Assembly (NCBI GenBank): GCA_041738235.1
Contig: JBGSQF010000013.1
Coordinates: forward strand, 193,899 to 257,898
Source: Minisyncoccia bacterium
GTDB lineage: Bacteria; Patescibacteriota; Minisyncoccia; Moranbacterales; GCA-2747515
Direction: 5' to 3'
DNA: 64,000 nt
The notes below the pieces were generated by a model that saw only the letters and a list, made by a program, of their open reading frames with translations, ran no database searches and had not been told where the DNA came from. Shown piece after piece: positions 47,462 to 58,308 of the stretch; the first letter of the stretch is position 1; each line of letters starts with the position of its first letter. The position numbers were made by a program, and so were the translations under genes.

Positions 47462-48172
47462 TCACATCCGTACGTACTTCTCCCACTTCGTATAAAGATC
47501 TCTTGTCGCCACGATATCCCGAACGTTGTATCTTGCGATATCCTTATACCGCTTGGACTCAAAAAGCTCCTTCACATCATCACCTGTAACACCTGCCACT
47601 TTAGGACTTTTGATGCCAAATGCTCGACACCATAAATGCAAGCTTCCCTTACGCATTACCGCCCCATAGAATGTCAATTGATCTTGAAGATCAATATGTT
47701 TTGCATCGAAGCGCTGACTTCCGAGATAACGATTGGAAAGGAAATCCTTACTAGGTCGAATACCATTGACCGCACTTCTCACTATCAAAAAAGGAAGGTC
47801 GAACCCTCGTCCATTAAATGTAACAAGCTCTGTGTACTTCGTAGCTCCATTCCAAAACCGCTGCAACATCTGTGCTTCCGTCATTTGTTCATACGTCACT
47901 CCGTCCTCTTCAAATCGTCCGTACTCTTCGCCGGGCGCTTGGAAATAGACCACCTTGGCATCTTGTTCCACGTCCAACATCCCAATGGCCACAACCTGTC
48001 CCGTCAGCGGAGAAAAACCCAATCCCTCCTTGACATCTTTGAGTTTTGCTTCATATTCTTCATCATTTCTCGATTCTCGTTCGATCCACCGGGTCAAAGA
48101 ATGCCGAGACATTTCATCAAGGTCATCAAACTTTTCTCCCACTGTTTCAATATCTAGTATAAGTGTAGACAT
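47462..48172 (-). CDS. RNase H-like 3'-5' exonuclease related to the PolB exonuclease domain (YprB-like)
   Basis: Exo I motif LILDIETVG, with downstream FNGRGFDLPF and a C-terminal Y..D motif. Confidence 0.65.
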   Translation of the reverse strand: MSTLILDIETVGEKFDDLDEMSRHSLTRWIERESRNDEEYEAKLKDVKEGLGFSPLTGQVVAIGMLDVEQDAKVVYFQAPGEEYGRFEEDGVTYEQMTEAQMLQRFWNGATKYTELVTFNGRGFDLPFLIVRSAVNGIRPSKDFLSNRYLGSQRFDAKHIDLQDQLTFYGAVMRKGSLHLWCRAFGIKSPKVAGVTGDDVKELFESKRYKDIARYNVRDIVATRDLYTKWEKYVRM

Positions 48173-48193
48173 TATTTCATGCTCTAAAAAAAG

Positions 48194-48664
48194 TTATGCC
48201 GCCATCTTGTGACCCTCCTCACTCTCTTCTCTGTGAGACTCTTCCTTGAGGTATGATTCAACTCTCGCCCAAGAAGGCTTGCCCCCCACTACCTCACTAA
48301 GGGCATCCCACGTATCCCACGATACATCACTCCTTCCGATCAACTGCTGAATAGCTTCCTTCCGCTCGTTCAAAAGCCTGGTAACATTCTCATCACGCTC
48401 GATCTCAGCTCTTATACTTTGGTAAGATTCTGGCAAGATATTTATACCATTTTTTTTCAAATACCCGGTAAGATCAGTACTACTGCAAAATCCTTCAAAC
48501 TGGACATCCCCCACATTCTTGCACAAAGGGCACTTCCCCGACTTATAGGCATCGTAAAGCTCTCTAGGCACACCAGATTCATATCCCTTGCTCCGCACAG
48601 AGGCTGTTTCCGACCGTTCTCTTGAGACATCAACGGGAAACTCTCTTATTGTCGCGCTCGTCAT
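48194..48664 (-). CDS. Hypothetical protein
   Basis: ORF trimmed to the internal Met to remove overlap with mutY; acidic C-terminus. Confidence 0.4.
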   Translation of the reverse strand: MTSATIREFPVDVSRERSETASVRSKGYESGVPRELYDAYKSGKCPLCKNVGDVQFEGFCSSTDLTGYLKKNGINILPESYQSIRAEIERDENVTRLLNERKEAIQQLIGRSDVSWDTWDALSEVVGGKPSWARVESYLKEESHREESEEGHKMAA

Positions 48665-48668
48665 ATAG

Positions 48669-49649
48669 CTAAGTATTAGTTTGTAATAAAAGTTTCCGAA
48701 CGTCTGCTTTGGTATATGTAAGGAAATCGTGCTTTCCGAGTAATATTTGAGCATTTACGAACAATACCGGAGCGCCCTCTATGTATACCTTTTTATGTGC
48801 CGGTCGAACAGATACCTTTAATCCGTATTTCTCCTCGAAATACCATTTTATACCTTCTCTCGTACTGCGTGTTTTTGATACTTGGAAGGGTCTGTAAGCA
48901 CTCTTTCCTATAGAATAGTACAATTTATGGTCTTTGTGAAGAAAAACCCATGCAGAGGCTTCCTGGGAAGAAAATTTTTCCTTTGGCCTTTTTCTTGTGA
49001 TCTCCTCCCGTCCGCCCTGTTTAAAGTATCTACAGCTCCCTCTTAGTGGACAAATCTCACACTTTGGCCTTTTTGTACAAATCAAAGAACCAAAATCCAT
49101 AATAGCGCCATTGAAATCTCTTTTATCAGCAGTGATCCTTCCTTCAAAGTCCCCCGGATCCATCTCGGCTTCTTTTGTCCCTAGAAAAAACCGCCCAAAA
49201 ACACGCTGAAAGTTCGTATCCCAGGCCAAATGATCCACATTACTCCCAAAGCTCAGTATCGCTCGAGCGGTATACTTCCCAACGCCAGGAAGACTTTCAA
49301 GTCCCTTAATATCCTGGGGAAACTTCCCTTCATGCTGCTCAACGATCGCTTGTGCCGCTCTCAGCATGTTGCGCCCTCGATTATAATAGCCCAACCCTTG
49401 ATAATATGGTAAGAATTCGTCCCACGACGCTTTGGCAAGTTTTCTCACCGTTGGAAATCGCTTCAGAAACTGAGCATAAAAACCGATCACACGATCCACC
49501 TGCGTTTGCTGGAGCATGACTTCGCTCACCCATACCTCGTATAGCGTGATCTTCTTTTTTCTCCATGGTAAGTGCTTGCGCCCTTTTTCTCGATAAAACG
49601 AGATAACCTGCTTGCCAAAAAATTCAACCCCTTTTTTCGTTATTGCCAT
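48669..49649 (-). CDS. mutY: A/G-specific adenine DNA glycosylase
   Basis: HhH-GPD motif LPGVGKYTARAIL and [4Fe-4S] loop CTKRPKCEICPLRGSC. Confidence 0.9.
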   Translation of the reverse strand: MAITKKGVEFFGKQVISFYREKGRKHLPWRKKKITLYEVWVSEVMLQQTQVDRVIGFYAQFLKRFPTVRKLAKASWDEFLPYYQGLGYYNRGRNMLRAAQAIVEQHEGKFPQDIKGLESLPGVGKYTARAILSFGSNVDHLAWDTNFQRVFGRFFLGTKEAEMDPGDFEGRITADKRDFNGAIMDFGSLICTKRPKCEICPLRGSCRYFKQGGREEITRKRPKEKFSSQEASAWVFLHKDHKLYYSIGKSAYRPFQVSKTRSTREGIKWYFEEKYGLKVSVRPAHKKVYIEGAPVLFVNAQILLGKHDFLTYTKADVRKLLLQTNT

Positions 49650-49959
49650 ATTGCCTTTTTGTGATCTTTGCCATCTTACCTGTCAGCGCTTCAGAAATAT
49701 CAATTCCCACCGTTTGTGCAATAAGCGCACACACGATTACCACATCAGCTAATTCGTCACCTAATTCACTTTGCTCTTCTAGCTTCTCTTTTCGTTGATC
49801 ATTCAGATAGGCTAAAACGGCATCTGACACCTCCCCCGTTTCCTCCGCCAGCTTCACCGTCCGCGCCAAAAGACGTTTCTCCACATCAGAGTTTCCGTAC
49901 ACGTGAGAAATGTATTCGTCCTGATCTTTGATAAATTGTAGAAATTCTTTAGTGAGCAT
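49624..49959 (-). CDS. MazG-like nucleotide pyrophosphohydrolase (small single-domain form)
   Basis: EETGEVSDAV...ELGDELADVVIV matches the MazG EExxE/D metal-binding helices. Confidence 0.75.
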   Translation of the reverse strand: MLTKEFLQFIKDQDEYISHVYGNSDVEKRLLARTVKLAEETGEVSDAVLAYLNDQRKEKLEEQSELGDELADVVIVCALIAQTVGIDISEALTGKMAKITKRQYGNNEKRG

Positions 49960-50047
49960 ATTCCCCGTTAATAATCCTAACTTTGTAAACGTTCTTCATT
50001 CTTAATTTCATCTCTCCCCGACTTTCTTACTTCCCCCTCTCTACTTT

Positions 50048-51472
50048 TTACTTTCCGCTTGTTGCTTTCAACTTCTCATTAACCCTCCACACATCCCCTG
50101 CCCCAATAGTGAGCACGATATCATTATTGCGCATTTCTTTCTGTAGGATATCAACGGCTCCGTTGATATCTCCAGCGAACTCTGCTCGACCATGGTCATA
50201 ATAATTGATCCGATCGACCAATTCTTGACTAGAAACATCCCCAGCCTGTTCACGAGCACTCGCATATATGTTCAGAAGATATACCTTGTCTGCCACAGAC
50301 AAACATTGGGAAAATTCCTCAAAAAGTGCCTTGGTACGAGAAAAGGTATGCGGTTGAAATACCGCAAGGATGCGCTTGTGCGGATACCTTGCTCTTACCC
50401 CGTTCAAAAGCGCTCGAATCTCCGATGGATGATGCGCATAGTCATCAAAGAGCAGTACCCCTCCACGTTCACCGACAGATTCAAACCGCCTTGACGTGCC
50501 TTGAAAGGTTTTGATCCCCTCTGCAACGATCACCATATCTATCTTGAGCAGATGGCACATAGCCACTACCCCTGTCGCATTTTGTATGTTGTGTTTTCCA
50601 GTAAGTGTTGTTTCAAAAACTCCCAAGTTCTTTCCTCCACATTGAACGGAAAAACTTTGCATAGTCACTGTTTCTTTTTTCTTGTCACTGGTTTCCTGCT
50701 GTCTATGTACTACTGGTCTCTGCTCAATGTGATATTCGGCATCATTTGCAAATCCGTATGTCACAAATCGCTTTCCACTTTTTTTCGCTGCCATTACCGC
50801 CTCCGCATCATCCCCACAAACAACCAAGAACCCGTGAGCAGGAAGCTTCTCGAAAAATGATCGGAATGTCTCACGATATATCTCTGCCGTAGAAAAAAAG
50901 TCCGGATGATCCCAGTCAATATTTGTAAGTATCACAGACCAAGGATTATACTCCTTAAATTTATTTTGATATTCATCTGCTTCAAAAATAAAATATATTC
51001 CCTTTCCATCCAACCCGCCGCCACCCCAATTCAAGACTCGACTCCCCACCACGGCACTAGGATCCGATCCAGCTATCTGAAGCGTATGGGCAAGCAAGGC
51101 TGTTGTAGTGGTTTTTCCGTGCGATCCACACACCGCGATCGAAAACTTCTCACGCGTAAGCATACCCAAAAATTCTGGATAGCTCATGACAGGAATGTTC
51201 TTATCTTTTGCTGCAAGAAGTTCCACATGTGACTCAGGATGATAGGCCGTAGAATATACCACCACATCTTCAGAGCCTAGAATGTGATCTGCTAAAAAAT
51301 CTTCGTGGTACGGGATCCCCGACCTTTTGAGAGACTCGTCCGTGAAGAACTTCTCTTTTGTGTCCGACCCAGACACATACACACCATGCGCCACCAAGAT
51401 CTGTGCCACCGAACTCATTCCAGAACCCTTGATACCCACGAAGTAGGCATTCTTAATATCGGATAGTTTCAT
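50048..51472 (-). CDS. murC: UDP-N-acetylmuramate--L-alanine ligase
   Basis: N-terminal YFVGIKGSGMSSVAQIL and Mur-ligase central GSHGKTTTT motif. Confidence 0.9.
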   Translation of the reverse strand: MKLSDIKNAYFVGIKGSGMSSVAQILVAHGVYVSGSDTKEKFFTDESLKRSGIPYHEDFLADHILGSEDVVVYSTAYHPESHVELLAAKDKNIPVMSYPEFLGMLTREKFSIAVCGSHGKTTTTALLAHTLQIAGSDPSAVVGSRVLNWGGGGLDGKGIYFIFEADEYQNKFKEYNPWSVILTNIDWDHPDFFSTAEIYRETFRSFFEKLPAHGFLVVCGDDAEAVMAAKKSGKRFVTYGFANDAEYHIEQRPVVHRQQETSDKKKETVTMQSFSVQCGGKNLGVFETTLTGKHNIQNATGVVAMCHLLKIDMVIVAEGIKTFQGTSRRFESVGERGGVLLFDDYAHHPSEIRALLNGVRARYPHKRILAVFQPHTFSRTKALFEEFSQCLSVADKVYLLNIYASAREQAGDVSSQELVDRINYYDHGRAEFAGDINGAVDILQKEMRNNDIVLTIGAGDVWRVNEKLKATSGK

Positions 51473-51513
51473 AGTATTCTTTTGTCTTCAACTCCTCGAA
51501 CCCAATACATTTT

Positions 51514-52632
51514 CTATTTCTTTCTGGCAGCGAGCAAAAGCACCTCATCAGCGATCATTTGAGCGGCCTGTGGATTATAAAAACGTCCCACACGTTCACG
51601 AATGCGCTCTCGTACGCCCTCATCATTGAGGATGTGCTTGATCTTTTCCAAAAAGATATGCTCGGAAAGATTGGGTTCTTCAAGAACCATTGCCGCACCT
51701 TCTTCAGCAGCAGCATACGCGTTCATCCGCTGATGATCATTGGCTGATGTTTCCAATGGTATGAGTATCGACACCTTCCTATTGGCCGCAAGTTCCGATA
51801 TGGTCGTTCCTCCAGCTCGACTGATCACAAGGTCCGCTACTGCCAAAGCAAGCCGCATTTCACCTTCATCGAGAAATGGAAATATTCTATATCGTCCAGA
51901 TCCTGCTTTTACACCCGCCCTACTTGCTGATAGATTTTTGGCTTCCTCAAAATTCCCCCTTCCCGTCTGATGAATCACCTGTGCAAATTCCAACACATCA
52001 TCTAATACAAGAGAAAACTTTTCATTGATCGCGCGTGATCCTTGACTTCCACCCAGAACCAATATCGTTGGAAGTGACTCGGTCAAATGAAAATAGTCCC
52101 TTGCCTCCTGTGGATCTCCATTTATGAGCGTCTCTCGTACCGGGATCCCCGTAGGAATTATCTTACTTTGTATGAAGTATTGTGCAGCATGTCGATAAGA
52201 AATAGCAACCTTATTACAAAACCTCCCGATCACTCTGTTGGCCGATCCCGGCATGGCATCGGTTTCATGAGTAAGGATTGGGATCCTATAGACCCAAGCA
52301 GCCAGAACCACTGGAAAGGCGACATACCCTCCTTTAGAAAAAATAGCATTCGGAAGTTCTTTAAAAAGTATTCCGAGACATTGAAACGCCCCCCATACTA
52401 CTCGGAATGGATCGAAAAAATTAGCCACTGAAAAATAGCGTCGGTATTTTCCAGTAGAAACCACATATGAACGATCTGCTTCTTTAACGATATCCTGTTC
52501 CATCTCGGATCCGGAACCGACATAGATGATCTCCAACGGATCAGCAGCACGTGCTCGAAGTGACCGCATAACCGCAAGTGCTGGATAAATATGTCCTCCT
52601 GTGCCCCCTCCAGTAACGACTATACGAAGCAT
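51514..52632 (-). CDS. murG: Undecaprenyldiphospho-muramoylpentapeptide beta-N-acetylglucosaminyltransferase
   Basis: IVVTGGGTGGHIYPALAV N-terminal motif and GT28 C-terminal domain. Confidence 0.9.
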   Translation of the reverse strand: MLRIVVTGGGTGGHIYPALAVMRSLRARAADPLEIIYVGSGSEMEQDIVKEADRSYVVSTGKYRRYFSVANFFDPFRVVWGAFQCLGILFKELPNAIFSKGGYVAFPVVLAAWVYRIPILTHETDAMPGSANRVIGRFCNKVAISYRHAAQYFIQSKIIPTGIPVRETLINGDPQEARDYFHLTESLPTILVLGGSQGSRAINEKFSLVLDDVLEFAQVIHQTGRGNFEEAKNLSASRAGVKAGSGRYRIFPFLDEGEMRLALAVADLVISRAGGTTISELAANRKVSILIPLETSANDHQRMNAYAAAEEGAAMVLEEPNLSEHIFLEKIKHILNDEGVRERIRERVGRFYNPQAAQMIADEVLLLAARKK

Positions 52633-52747
52633 ACTTACAAAAAGTTAAAAGCTTAAACTCACCAGTCTATAAAGTTAAGATACATCACTACTCCCTATTC
52701 ATTGTACTTTGTGAACTTGCTGACCTGAAAGATGTCTTAGATATTGC

Positions 52748-53884
52748 CTACTCATCCATTCTAGCGTGTCGGCTCACATTGAGCAATATCCCCATTCCAG
52801 CGAGAGAGAAAAGAATCGAAGATCCTCCATAACTAATAAGGGGGAGTGGAACCCCCGTAAGAGGAATAAGGCCAATGATCGCAGCTATATTTACAAAGGC
52901 CTGAAACACGATCCACGATGTAAGCCCAACGGCCAAAAACCTCCCAAAATCATCTGGTATCCGTGATGCCAAACGATACCCACGAAAAGCGAAGGCGAGA
53001 AACACCAACACAACCGCAAGGGCCCCGATCAGTCCCAACTCCTCCCCAATAATAGCAAATATCGAATCTCCCGCAGGCTCTGGAAGATAATTAAATTTTT
53101 GATGACTGTTTCCCAATCCTAAACCGAATATACCCCCCGATCCAACGGCGATGAGTGCTTGTTGGATCTGATATCCTTTTCCCTGCGGGTCCAAACCAGG
53201 CTGCAAAAATACCATTAAACGATTCCAGCGATACTCAGAACCACGGATCAAAAATAAAAGAAGAACCAACCCTATTCCACCCGCAGAAAAAATATGTTGA
53301 AGATTCCCCCCTCCAACAAAAAACATTGCACCCGCAACCATCACCATGATCATAAGCGTTCCCATATCAGGCTGTGCCAACAAAAGTATCCCGATAACGC
53401 CAACTACCGCAGCAAAAGGCAAAAATCCCTCTGAAAATCGAGTAATGTTTCTCGCACCCCGAGATGAAAGCCAAGCACTAAGATATAATATCATCCCTAA
53501 TTTTGCCAATTCTGAAGGCTGAAAGGAAACCGGACCAAGATTAAGCCAACGAGTCGCACCGTAAGCATTTGTTCCGATCCCAGGGATCAAAAGTACTGTA
53601 AGAAGTATAAGAGAAATAAAAAACAACGGTGTAGCAAAAGACTTTAATTTGTAATAATCAATACGCGAAAATACAAATAAAGCGACAATCCCCAAAACCA
53701 CCCCTACTATTTGACGTTTCAGAAAAAAGTAGGCATCTTCATACCGAATATCGGCATAGACGGTACCGGCACTTGCTATCATCACCACACCAAAAACGAC
53801 CAATAAGCCGATAAGCCCTAGCAGTATTGGATCCATCGGTGCAAGTTGTTTGGATTTTCTTTGTTTCATTTCTCGACTATTCAC
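52748..53884 (-). CDS. ftsW: FtsW/RodA/SpoVE-family peptidoglycan glycosyltransferase (SEDS)
   Basis: 10-TM SEDS protein adjacent to murG. Confidence 0.85.
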   Translation of the reverse strand: MNSREMKQRKSKQLAPMDPILLGLIGLLVVFGVVMIASAGTVYADIRYEDAYFFLKRQIVGVVLGIVALFVFSRIDYYKLKSFATPLFFISLILLTVLLIPGIGTNAYGATRWLNLGPVSFQPSELAKLGMILYLSAWLSSRGARNITRFSEGFLPFAAVVGVIGILLLAQPDMGTLMIMVMVAGAMFFVGGGNLQHIFSAGGIGLVLLLFLIRGSEYRWNRLMVFLQPGLDPQGKGYQIQQALIAVGSGGIFGLGLGNSHQKFNYLPEPAGDSIFAIIGEELGLIGALAVVLVFLAFAFRGYRLASRIPDDFGRFLAVGLTSWIVFQAFVNIAAIIGLIPLTGVPLPLISYGGSSILFSLAGMGILLNVSRHARMDE

Positions 53885-54626
53885 TCAACTTCTTTTCATT
53901 TCTCCACCTCTCGATTTCTTTATGATTTCCACTGAGCAGCACTTCTGGAACTTTCCACCCATTGAACTCCTCTGGACGGGTATAGTGGGGATATTCTTTT
54001 TGTATCTCTCCTGTATGAGTAGAAAGATCCCCTTCAGATCGCTCGCTCCCAAAACTTTCTTCCTTGAGAGATTCCTCGTTTCCCAAAACTCCCGGCAATA
54101 ATCGCGAAACACTGTCCACCACCACCATAGCCGGGATCTCCCCACCGGTAAGCACATACTCCCCAATGGAAAATTCTTCATCAACAATATGATCCGCCAC
54201 TCGCTCATCAACTCCTTCATACCGTCCACAGATCATAATAAGGCGTCCGTATTTCGCCAGTCTCTCAGCATCCCTCTGCGTAAACAACTTCCCCTTGGCA
54301 GAAAATAGAATAGTTCTCACATTTGTTGTTCTCTTATCAGAAAGAACGGTATTCAAGCTTTCTGCTCTTCCTCCCTGCTGACTATCGTTCATCTTCTGTT
54401 GCTTGATCATACTTACGGCGCGATGGATCGGCTCCACTTTCATTACCATCCCCGCTCCGCCCCCATAAGGAATATCATCCGTTGTTTTGTGTTTATCTGT
54501 GGCAAAGTCACGAAGGTTATGCACGACAATATCGATCTTATGTGATTCTTGTGCGCGCTTCAAAATCGACTCGCCAAAATATGAGTCGAAAATGTGAGGA
54601 AAAATGGTGATAATGTCAAACCTCAT
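53877..54626 (-). CDS. trmD: tRNA (guanine37-N1)-methyltransferase
   Basis: [10 protein letters not shown] and SPOUT-knot motifs ([13 protein letters not shown]). Confidence 0.9.
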   Translation of the reverse strand: MRFDIITIFPHIFDSYFGESILKRAQESHKIDIVVHNLRDFATDKHKTTDDIPYGGGAGMVMKVEPIHRAVSMIKQQKMNDSQQGGRAESLNTVLSDKRTTNVRTILFSAKGKLFTQRDAERLAKYGRLIMICGRYEGVDERVADHIVDEEFSIGEYVLTGGEIPAMVVVDSVSRLLPGVLGNEESLKEESFGSERSEGDLSTHTGEIQKEYPHYTRPEEFNGWKVPEVLLSGNHKEIERWRNEKKLSE

Positions 54627-55035
54627 ACCATCGCAAAGAATACTTGAACATGGGGATGTCCGAATTGTCGCAACGTCCCCACCGTGCTACACTTTATGTG
54701 TGTCCCTATCCTATCAGATGCGATGAATTGGGGCAAATAAAAATACCCTAACTCGGGAGCAGACCAGTGAAAAGACGTAAAAAAAAGCAAGTCGTATGCG
54801 TGGTGCCGTCATCTTCATCCGCGTTAGCGGTTAAGTATCTGCAGAGCACGCTTGATAAGGGGCACTCCGTGGAGATCCCCAGTCTCGGCATCACTCTTCA
54901 CCCTCAACGACGCAAACCTCCCACAAACTGAAAACGGCGCAGGGAAGAAGCCTCTTCCCTGCTCACTTCACAAGAGCTTTACTAGTTTGATTTTCAAAAC
55001 AAAGAGAGATCCTAAACAACACACATGTTCCCATT

Positions 55036-55491
55036 ATGAGAATCGTTATTTGCGGAAGCATCGACTTTACCCCAAAGATCAAAGAAGTTGCAGATATCTT
55101 GATTCGACAAGGACATACGGTCGACATACCTCTGACCAGTCAACGCATCATCAATGGTGAGCTTACTCTTCAAAAATTTTTAGAAGAAAAAGGTAAAAAC
55201 ACTACTTCAACTTCAAAAAATGTGATCCGCAAGATCAATGATGACGTCATCAAAAGATACTACTTAAAGATACAGGCATCCGATGCCATTCTCGTTCTTA
55301 ACGTAGAAAAAAAAGGGATAGCCCATTATATCGGTGGGAACGTCTTTCTTGAGATGGGATTTGCTCATGTGCTCAACAAAACAATCTATCTTTATAACAA
55401 GATCCCCCAAATGGCCTATACTGAAGAGATAGTAGCTATGCAACCCATAATCCTTGATGGCAACCTAAATCAAATTACAAAGGCTATATGA
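55036..55491 (+). CDS. Nucleoside 2-deoxyribosyltransferase-like / DNPH1 (Rcl)-family protein
   Basis: MRIVICGSID...ASDAILVLNVEKKGIAHYIGGNVFLEMGFAHVLNKTIYL parallels the Rcl fold motif SIYFCGSI...VGYELG. It overlaps the next gene by 4 nt. Confidence 0.55.
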   Translation: MRIVICGSIDFTPKIKEVADILIRQGHTVDIPLTSQRIINGELTLQKFLEEKGKNTTSTSKNVIRKINDDVIKRYYLKIQASDAILVLNVEKKGIAHYIGGNVFLEMGFAHVLNKTIYLYNKIPQMAYTEEIVAMQPIILDGNLNQITKAI

Positions 55492-57002
55492 AAACGCTAC
55501 TTGTTCTTCCTGTTCTGACCATGATCTCGATCGCGATCTATTCTTGTATCAGACTCTTCTTCTTTTTTACCGCAGATTACGGTTTTTGGGATAAGCTCTT
55601 TGCCATATTTCTCATACTTGGAGAGGCGTACATGATCATTCATGCTCTCGGTTTTATGATCAATGTCTTCAAGATAGATAGGCAAAAAGCAGCACCCCCG
55701 GCAAAAATCCCGGAAGGGTCACACCCAAGCGTCGCTGTCGTAGTAGCCGCAAAACATGAACCAAAAGAGGTTTTGGAGAGAACCTTTACAACACTGGCAT
55801 CAATGGACTATCCCGATTTTAACCTCTATCTATTGGACGGATCTACTGACGAAAAATACATTCAACAGGACAAGGACATTTCTCGAAGATACCACGTAAC
55901 GTATTTACATCCCAGCCAATTTCACGGAGCAAAGGCGGGTATAATAAATTTCTTCCTACAATATTCAGAAGAAAAATACATGGCAGTGTTCGATGCTGAC
56001 CAAAATCCCATGCCAGATTTTCTCAAAAAAGTAGTGGCTGTCGCTGAACAAGATGAAAATATAGCTTTCGTACAAACTCCACAATTTTACTCCAACTTGG
56101 CAGTAAGTCCTATCGCAAAGGGATCTGCTTTACAGCAAGCAGTTTTTTATGAAAGTATTTGCGAAGGAAAGAATACTAGTAATGCCATGTTTTGTTGCGG
56201 AACCAACGTGCTCTTCAGGATAAGCGCCCTGGAAAAAGTGGGTGGCTTTGTTGAGACTTCCATCACAGAAGATTTTGCCACATCAGTCAAACTCCACACC
56301 GAAGGTTTTAGGTCGGTCTATTACAATCACGCTAACGTTTTTGGTTTGGCTCCAGAAAGCCTATCAGCTTACTTTAAACAACAGTACCGATGGTCTGCAG
56401 GAACCGTAGGCGTTTTAAAAGAATTACTTTCTCGTTTTTCGAAGGACCCTGGTTCCCTTACTCTTGGTCAATGGTGGGAATACTTCTTATCATCCACCTA
56501 TTATTTTGTCGGTTGGGCATTCTTCCTACTTGTCATATGCCCACCGGTCTATCTCATATTTGATCTTCCCTCTTACTTCATCAGTCCTAAAGTATACATA
56601 TTGACATTTATGCCCTATTTCGTACTCACGCTATTCGTCTTTTATGGTATAATGAAGAAAAGAAAATATCATATCAGTGAGGTTTACAATGGGATCATTC
56701 TTGCCTCTGTGAGTTATCCGATCCTAATGCAAGCGGTCACCATGTCCTTATTGGGGAAAAAGATCACCTTCAATGTTACTCCGAAAGGCAAAACTCGAAA
56801 GATCCCTTTCCTCAAACTCTGGCCATGGACAGTTATGCTGATCATCAATGTCATAGCTGTATGCGTCGGTATATTCAAATTCCATAACAACCCTTACGCA
56901 ATAGGAGTTAACATGTTATGGTGCGTCTATCACATATTCATACTTTCCCATGTCTATTATTTAAACCACCTAAACACAAACAATAAACGCTACTCCATAT
57001 GA
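55488..57002 (+). CDS. Processive GT2 beta-glycosyltransferase, cellulose-synthase (BcsA)-like, without a PilZ domain
   Basis: All four processive-synthase motifs are present: D,D (LYLLDGSTDE), DxD (VFDADQNP), TED (SITEDFATS) and QxxRW (QQYRWSAGT). Two N-terminal and five C-terminal TM helices. Confidence 0.8.
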   Translation: MKTLLVLPVLTMISIAIYSCIRLFFFFTADYGFWDKLFAIFLILGEAYMIIHALGFMINVFKIDRQKAAPPAKIPEGSHPSVAVVVAAKHEPKEVLERTFTTLASMDYPDFNLYLLDGSTDEKYIQQDKDISRRYHVTYLHPSQFHGAKAGIINFFLQYSEEKYMAVFDADQNPMPDFLKKVVAVAEQDENIAFVQTPQFYSNLAVSPIAKGSALQQAVFYESICEGKNTSNAMFCCGTNVLFRISALEKVGGFVETSITEDFATSVKLHTEGFRSVYYNHANVFGLAPESLSAYFKQQYRWSAGTVGVLKELLSRFSKDPGSLTLGQWWEYFLSSTYYFVGWAFFLLVICPPVYLIFDLPSYFISPKVYILTFMPYFVLTLFVFYGIMKKRKYHISEVYNGIILASVSYPILMQAVTMSLLGKKITFNVTPKGKTRKIPFLKLWPWTVMLIINVIAVCVGIFKFHNNPYAIGVNMLWCVYHIFILSHVYYLNHLNTNNKRYSI

Positions 57003-57211
57003 CAAAAGAAGAAATACTCAGTAAATTAGACAAAGCGGTCATGCAAGAAGAGGAAGCGGTGCCTATTTATGCTGAGCACATATCAACCACAGCAATGTGG
57101 GCAGGCCTCTCAAATGCCGATATAGAGAAGATCAAAGATTACCTAAGAGTGCTACACGAAGAAAGTATTGGTCATGCAAAGGCCTTTGAAAAAATAAAGG
57201 AACTAATTTAA
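56999..57211 (+). CDS. Small ferritin-like protein with ExxH motifs (paralogue 1)
   Basis: 70 aa; EEEAVPIYAEH and LHEESIGHAKAF resemble diiron-ligand helices. Confidence 0.4.
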   Translation: MTKEEILSKLDKAVMQEEEAVPIYAEHISTTAMWAGLSNADIEKIKDYLRVLHEESIGHAKAFEKIKELI

Positions 57212-57215
57212 CCAT

Positions 57216-57425
57216 ATGCTCACAAAAGAAGATTTTCTCGGTTTTTGTGATCAACTCATGACCATCGAGATAGAAATGGAGCATGAAGCAATGGACCTAT
57301 TTGACCATATAGAAAACGAAGAGGCACGAAAGATACTCACAAAGATCTCGGAGGATGAGCGCCGTCATGAAGAGATCGTAAGGGACATAAAGAAAATAAT
57401 CGAAGACCATTATGCAGAAAATTAG
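57216..57425 (+). CDS. Small ferritin-like protein with ExxH motifs (paralogue 2)
   Basis: 69 aa; EMEHEAM and EDERRHEEI. Confidence 0.4.
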   Translation: MLTKEDFLGFCDQLMTIEIEMEHEAMDLFDHIENEEARKILTKISEDERRHEEIVRDIKKIIEDHYAEN

Positions 57426-58308
57426 GACAGCGGTCATCCCAGCTGGAGGACATGGTGTGAGATTCATGCCTGCATCAAAAAGCATTCCCAAAGAAATGTT
57501 CCCCATAGGAGAAAAGCCGGTTATCTACCATGTGGTTGATGAAGTAGTAAGGTCGGGCATTACTAACATTATATTCGTCGTTTCACACAATAAACAGTCC
57601 GTGGAACATTTTTTTTCTCCAAACATCGAACTGGAGGAATATCTCATGGGTCGAAAGAAGGAAGAAAAAGTAAGCGAGCTGAAAAAAATAGCTGAAATGG
57701 CTGAGTTTACCTTTGTCCATTCCAAACCCCCCTATGGAAATGGTTCCCCAATCAGTGCGGTCGAGCATCTCTTACAGGATGAACCTTTCGTGTTGGTTTG
57801 GGGAGACGAATTTGTTATAAATGGAGGAAGACCAAGAATACAACAATGCATAGAGGCTTATGAACAGATCGGAAAAACTGTTATTTCTGGATTTGAGATA
57901 AAAGATCCCAAACAAAGACAGCTGTACGGAATGGCAGAACTTAAGAACATAGATTCGCAAGACGAGACTATCCAGGAAATAATGAGGATAGTCGAAAAAC
58001 CTGATCTGGGACAAGAGCCTTCTCCTTATGCCACACATGGTGCCTATGTTCTCACACCAAAAATATTTGAAGCGCTTCACCACATCCAACCTGGAAAAAA
58101 TGGGGAATTATGGCTTACCGACATGCTCAACTATATTCAAGAGAAAGAAGGTTTGTTCACAAAGATCATCAAAGATGCAGATTATCTTGACTGTGGAAAC
58201 CCCCTCTTTTATCTACTGTCTCAGATAGATTATGCAATAAAAAGATCGGATTATAAAGATGACGTGTTTGAATATGTTAAAAAACTTGGTGCTTGCAAAA
58301 TCGATTAA
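57412..58308 (+). CDS. galU: UTP--glucose-1-phosphate uridylyltransferase (sugar-1-phosphate nucleotidyltransferase)
   Basis: AVIPAGGHGVRFMPASKSIPKEMFPI nucleotidyltransferase P-loop, typical of GalU. Confidence 0.8.
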   Translation: MQKIRTAVIPAGGHGVRFMPASKSIPKEMFPIGEKPVIYHVVDEVVRSGITNIIFVVSHNKQSVEHFFSPNIELEEYLMGRKKEEKVSELKKIAEMAEFTFVHSKPPYGNGSPISAVEHLLQDEPFVLVWGDEFVINGGRPRIQQCIEAYEQIGKTVISGFEIKDPKQRQLYGMAELKNIDSQDETIQEIMRIVEKPDLGQEPSPYATHGAYVLTPKIFEALHHIQPGKNGELWLTDMLNYIQEKEGLFTKIIKDADYLDCGNPLFYLLSQIDYAIKRSDYKDDVFEYVKKLGACKID

